DNA of 56,234 nt, filler included, from Malassezia furfur (lineage: Eukaryota): assembly GCA_052055015.1 (NCBI GenBank). It is 2 parts of 2 records of this genome, joined end to end, with 100 filler letters (N's around TTAATTAATTAA, not from the genome) between each part and the next. Parts side by side here need not be neighbours in the genome. Positions count along the whole stretch, not along the records: positions 28,215 to 56,234 come from JBQJIT010000113.1; 1 more part is not named here. The stretch is one strand, 5' to 3'. The notes beneath the pieces are model-generated. The model searched no databases. It was not told the origin of the DNA and worked only from the letters and a program-made list of their open reading frames with translations. Position 1 is the stretch's first letter; each line of letters starts with the position of its first letter. Positions 50,889 to 56,234 of the stretch are shown here, piece by piece. Both the position numbers and the translations under genes were made by a program.

Positions 50889-52252
50889 TCAATAGAGTAA
50901 GCGAATCAGCCACGAGGTCCACAGCCCCATCAGGAAACGCTCGAGATTGTACACTGCCGGTTAGCCAACGTCGCAGCGCCACACGTACGTAGAGAAAGAA
51001 CGGGGAAAACGCCGTCAATCATTTCGCGCATACTCCACGAATCCTCGTGTCGCACAATCCGCCCAGCCTCGTTAAACTCAAGGCGGCTCAGAAGACGCAG
51101 CTCGATCGAAAAGAGCGAGCGGAGTGTCCGCCGCGGCGAGATGAGGTTTACTAGAAGCACCCAGATCGAGTTGCGCCCGAGGCCCTGGGCAGACCAATGT
51201 GGGATGCCGGCATCGAGCGGCATGGCAGGGCGCGTGTCAATCGGCATCGGCGTTGACACCGAGTCGTGACTCGCGCTCACCGGCAGCCCCGAGGTGTCGA
51301 GCTGTTCCGGCTCCGAGCCCCGCGGCATCGGCCCAAACTCGCTGTCGGCCACCCCGTCCGCGTTCGATGGCGGTGCTGGCGACGCGAGGCTCTGCTGCGC
51401 CGAGAATGGCTCGGCATTCGCCTCGGGAACGCCGGGTGTCCGGGGCCGCGAGCTCCACCGACTGCTGCTCGAGTTGGTACGCTGCATGAACGGCGTAGCG
51501 GGCGTTGCGGGGCTCATAGCAAAGCCGTACCCCGACCGGGAGCGGTGAAAGCCGCTGCCGTCGGCGGTAGTCGGGGTCGCGTAGTTTGCAAACGGGTGTG
51601 GGGTAACCGAGCCATGGCTCATGGGGGCACCGGGCGTCGTGGCCGACGACACGCCGTTGTAGTCTTTGTGTGCGCCAAATAGCATAGGGAAGAAGGTAAT
51701 TGTGATGGTATGGTCGATGATCCCTGCGCGTGTCCCGTCAAATTCAAAGTCGGAGCAGATCACGTCGCGGAGCTCGGAACGGATGTCGATGCCCGGGCAA
51801 GCGAAAGCGAGCACGAACTGGTCGATGATGCGCCGTCGGCCATGTACAGAGACAAGCGGGCTGTCAAATACAGCGTCGCCATCGTAGTAGCGCCAGACCG
51901 TTTCGCGGATTTCCTCGACGCTGCGCTTGGCGCCGTACAGCGACGCATGGAGGGTGAGGATGATGTCGGTGAGCGTGCTGGGGGACGGGGGTGCGCCGGT
52001 CTCAAAGTCACTCATGTCCTCCACGGCAGAGCCTTGGAGGTTGTTCAGCGCAATGTTCATCGGCTGCGGCGTATTCCCGTTGGGCGGGATGGACACCTTG
52101 GGCTCCACGGCGGGGGCCGACTGGATGGCGCTCGAGCGCCTGCGCAGCAGCCCACCGCCGGATGGGCGTGGTGTTGAGCTGGGAAAGTAGCCGTCGTTGG
52201 TCATTTGCTTTGCATGACTCCAGCTAGGGGAGCGCGAATGGTGGCTCGCCAT
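50889..52252 (-). CDS. Conserved hypothetical protein with a split SnoaL/NTF2-like fold
   Basis: [19 protein letters not shown] and, after a Pro/Ser-rich insert, [19 protein letters not shown]; 35-nt intron 50954-50988 gives a stop at 50889. Confidence 0.7.
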
Positions 52253-52374
52253 GTCTTGCTCTACCCCACGGGCTGACCGAATCCGGGAACCGGTATGGTC
52301 GCGGCGAGGCGGCGAGTGCTTACGTCACACTTCATAAAGGAGCGCGGACCACCCGGGCTACGCCACGACCGACC

Positions 52375-55300
52375 ATGACCGCGCAAGATTCGATCGACGA
52401 GTCGCTGTACAGCCGGCAGCTGTATGTGCTGGGTCATGATGCGATGAAGCAGATGTCATCGAGCAGCGTGCTCATTGTGGGCGTGCAGGGCCTCGGTGCC
52501 GAAATCGGTACGTTGCGCCGCCACACACTGACGCAGCCAAAAATACGGCGCTGGCAGGCGTCAAGAGTGTCACGCTGTACGACCCCGCGCCCGTTGAGGT
52601 GGCCGACCTGAGTACGCAGTTCTTCCTGCGTGCCGAGGACGTGGGAAAGCCCGGTGTGACGCGTGCTTCGGCGACGGCCACGCGCCTCGCCGAGATCAAT
52701 ACCTACGTGCCTGTCAAGGCGCTCGAGGTGCCTGAGCTTACGCGTGAGGTGCTGTCGCAGTTCCAGGTGGTGGTGCTGTGCAACCAACTGCTCACGGAGC
52801 AGCTGCGTGTAAATGACTTGACGCACAACACTGCGACGCACTTCCTGGCCGCGTCGATCCACGGCCTGTTTGGCAGTGTGTTTGCCGACTTTGGGCGCGA
52901 CTTTGTGTGCAAGGACACGACTGGCGAGCAGGCTCTGTCCGGTATGGTGGTGTCGGTCGAAAAGGACGGGGAAGGCCTCGTCACGACGCTCGACGAAACG
53001 CGCCACGGCCTCGAGGATGGTGACTACGTCACCTTCTCCGAGGTCGAGGGCATGACGGAGCTGAACGACATCGAGCCGCGCCGCGTCACGGTCAAGGGCC
53101 CGTACACCTTCACGATCGGCGACACGTCGTCGTTCGGCGACTACAAGCGCGGCGGCCTGTTCAAGCAGGTCAAGCAGCCGGTCACGTTGCAGTTTGCGTC
53201 GCTGCGCGAGAGCCGTGCAGCACCCGAGTGCCTCGTGTCCGACTTTGCCAAGATGGACCGGCCGCCGCTGCTGCACGTCGCGTTCGAGGCGCTGTCGCAG
53301 TTTGCCGAGGCGGCGCAGCGCCTGCCTCGTGCGCGCAACGACGAGGATGCCGCGGCGGTGCTAGAGCGTGCGCAGGCGCTGGCGACCGAGCGCAAGGTGC
53401 TGCCTGAGGACGAGGCGGGCCAGAAGCTCTTTACGACGCTCGTCAAGGAGTTGGCGTATCAGGCGGTGGGCAACGTATCGCCGATGGTGGCGTTCATCGG
53501 CGGGTTTGTCGCGCAAGAGGTGCTCAAGGCGTGCAGTGGCAAATTCCACCCCCTGATGCAGTACATGTACGTCGACTGCCTCGAGGCGCTCCCCGCCAAC
53601 ATTGCGACGCTGCCCGCGAGTGAGTTTGCGCCGCAGGGCACGCGCTATGATGGGCAGACGGCCGTGTTTGGTACGTCGTTCCAGCAGCGCATCGCCAATG
53701 CACGCCAGTTCTTGGTGGGCTCTGGCGCGATTGGCTGTGAGATGCTCAAGAACTGGAGCATGATGGGCCTCGGCAGCGGCCCCGAGGGCCAGATCTACGT
53801 CACGGACAACGACACCATCGAGAAGAGCAACCTTAACCGCCAGTTCCTCTTCCGGCAGCAGGACGTGGGCCATTTCAAGGCGGACACGGCGGCCGCGGCA
53901 GTCGCCGAGATGAACCCGGATCTGAAGGGCAAGATCCAGAGCTTCCAGAACCGCGTGGGCCCCGAGACGGAGGACGTGTACGGCGATGCGTTCTTTGAAC
54001 GGCTCGACGGTGTGACCAACGCGCTCGACAATGTCAACGCGCGCCAGTACATGGACCGCCGCTGCGTGTACTACCAGAAGCCGCTGCTCGAGTCGGGCAC
54101 GCTCGGGACCAAGGCCAACACCCAGGTGGTGGTGCCGAACCTGACCGAGTCCTACTCCTCGTCGCAGGACCCGCCGGAGAAGTCGATTCCGGTGTGCACG
54201 CTGAAAAACTTCCCGAACCAGATCGAGCACACGATCCAGTGGGCGCGCGAGCAGTTCGACGAGCTCTTCCTGAAGCCCGCCGAGAATGTCAACCTGTACC
54301 TGACGCAGCCCGACTTTGTCGCCTCGCTGGGGACGAGCGACGCGGGCACCAAGCAGCAGCTTGAGCAGATCAAGGAGTTCCTGGTCGACGCGCGCCCGCA
54401 GACGTTTGATGCGTGCATTGCGTGGGCGCGCCTCAAGTTTGAGGAGAACTACGTCAACATGATCAAGCAGCTTCTGTACAACCTGCCCGCCGACGCCGTC
54501 ACCTCGACGGGCCAGCCGTTCTGGAGCGGCCCGAAGCGCGCCCCGACCCCGCTCGCTTTTGACGCGAGCAACCCGTTGCACATGGACTACGTCGTGGCCG
54601 CTGCCAACCTGCACGCCGCCAACTACGGCCTGAAGGGCTCGGCGGACCCGGAGGTGTACCGCCGCGTGCTGGAGCAGGTGTCGGTGCCCGCCTTCACGCC
54701 CAAGTCGGCCAAGGTGCAGATCAACGACAACGACCCGGCGCCCGCGGCGAGCAACGCCGCGGAGGACGAGGCAAGCGTCGAGGAGCTTGCGGCGAGCCTC
54801 CCTGCGCCCAGCTCGCTGTCGGGCTACCGCCTGCAGCCGATCGAGATGGAGAAGGACGATGACACCAACTTCCACATGGCGTTCATCACTGCGGCGTCCA
54901 ACCTGCGTGCGGAGAACTACTCGATCCAGCCCGTGGACCAGTACACCACCAAGGGCATTGCCGGCAAGATCATTCCCGCGATCGCCACTACGACGGCGCT
55001 CGCCACGGGCCTGGTCAACATCGAGCTGTACAAGCTGCTCGACGGCAAGACGGACATTGAGAAGTACTCCAACGCATTTGTGAACCTCGCGCTGCCGTTC
55101 ATTGCGTTCAGCGAGCCGATCGCCGCGCCGCGCCACAAGTACAACGACACCGAGTGGACGCTCTGGTCGCGCTTCGACATCGAGGGCGACGTGACCCTTC
55201 GCACGTTCCTCGACTACTTCCGCGAGAAGAAGCTCGACGTGACGATGGTGTCGAGCGGCGTTTCGATGCTCTACTCCGACTTTATGCCGCCCAAGAAGAA

Positions 55301-55460
55301 AGAGGAGCGCCTCGACATGCGCATGAGCGAGCTCGTGCAGACCGTGTCGAAGAAGCCCATCCCGGCACACGTCAAGAACCTCATCGTCGAGATCATGGCC
55401 GACGACGCGAGCGGCGAAGACGTCGAGGTGCCCTACGTCAACGTGCGCATCCGCCCATAG
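52375..55460 (+). CDS. UBA1: Ubiquitin-activating enzyme E1
   Basis: [66 protein letters not shown]; 29-nt intron 52508-52536. Confidence 0.97.
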
Positions 55461-55463
55461 ACT

Positions 55464-56234
55464 CTATGCCAGTTTTTGCGCCTCGTGCAGCACATCGATG
55501 CCCATCGTGAGCGCCTGCTGCCGCAACGACGCCAGCCGCGCATCGTCGCCGCGGCGCGTCGTGGCATGTGCCGCATTTTCGGCGACGTACGCACGGCACG
55601 CCGCAAGCATCGCCGAAGTGCGCATGCGCGCCACCACCGCCGCGCGCGCCGCACCGGCGGGGCGCGTATTCGCGTACTGCACCAGGTTCGCCGCCATCAC
55701 CATCGCACGCAGCGCCAGCTGGTGCGCATCCACCAGCGGCAGCGTGCACTCGGGCATCAGCAGGCGGCTCAGCACCGCGTCCGTCGACGGCAACAGCAGC
55801 CGCGCGCATGCCGCGGGCGACGACGTGAGCGTCGCAAGCGTGCCCGACGCCGCGAGCGCCAGCGCCACCGCCGTCGCATCCGGCGCCGCGCCCGCCAGGT
55901 CACTGAGCGACACGAGCAGCTGCAGACGCCCTCGCGCCGTGTGCAGCCGCAGGGCAACGGCGCCCGCCTCGTCGCGGCGCACCGGCTCCTCGCTGAACTC
56001 GTCGCCCTCGGCGACGGGGGCCGCACCGTGTGCGGCATCCTCGGCATCGCCGGACCACTCAGCAAACGTCGCCTCGTCCTGTACCACGTTGCACAGCAGC
56101 TCAATCAGCGCACGGCGCACCATCGGCTCATCGTGCTGCAGAAAGAGTGGGACAATGGCACGCGCAACCGTGCTGTGCTCCGCATCGCGCGGCGCCGCCG
56201 GCGGTGCGGCGTCCGTCTCCATCACCACTTCGCG
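55464..56234 (-). CDS. She4/UNC-45 myosin chaperone, C-terminal part (5' end outside the window)
   Basis: VRRALIELLCN, RLQLLVSLSD, LAASGTLATLT, L..RA...AN armadillo-like UCS C-terminus. Confidence 0.7.
   Translation of the reverse strand, partial: REVVMETDAAPPAAPRDAEHSTVARAIVPLFLQHDEPMVRRALIELLCNVVQDEATFAEWSGDAEDAAHGAAPVAEGDEFSEEPVRRDEAGAVALRLHTARGRLQLLVSLSDLAGAAPDATAVALALAASGTLATLTSSPAACARLLLPSTDAVLSRLLMPECTLPLVDAHQLALRAMVMAANLVQYANTRPAGAARAAVVARMRTSAMLAACRAYVAENAAHATTRRGDDARLASLRQQALTMGIDVLHEAQKLA

Noticed and set aside
4935..55370. Long antisense ORFs (4935-6596, 17715-19712, 36398-37858, 53361-55370 and others)
   Set aside because: Expected shadows of GC3-biased genes; biased composition and no recognisable domains.
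1..56234. Prokaryotic operons, CRISPR arrays, rRNA/tRNA, transposons
   Set aside because: Genes are eukaryotic with spliceosomal introns; no spaced repeats, cloverleafs, TIR/LTR or transposase/RT motifs were seen by eye.

Overview
Very gene-dense, GC-rich eukaryotic DNA from a basidiomycete fungus. Gene content (Ubc2-type SAM-RA-2xSH3 adaptor, YTP1, PHO84, GH55) and extreme compaction fit Ustilaginomycotina, most likely Malassezia; this is an inference. About 32 protein-coding genes can be reconstructed. Many look broken in the ORF track because they carry ultra-short GT-AG introns: I could place 40, of 21-36 nt, median 24. A 100-nt artificial linker (N44-TTAATTAATTAA-N44, 28115-28214) joins two contigs, so synteny across it is unproven. 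No rRNA, tRNA, CRISPR array or transposon was recognised. The most unusual items are: (1) an in-frame fusion of a Jjj1/DNAJC21 J-protein with a complete ChaC gamma-glutamylcyclotransferase; (2) a motorless kinesin-3 (Unc104/Kin3) tail gene; (3) the 21-24-nt introns; (4) a GH55 glucanase with no signal peptide; (5) a secreted Ser/His-rich protein with Kex2 sites and KHHKHH repeats; (6) 46-100-bp divergent spacers and touching or overlapping 3' ends.
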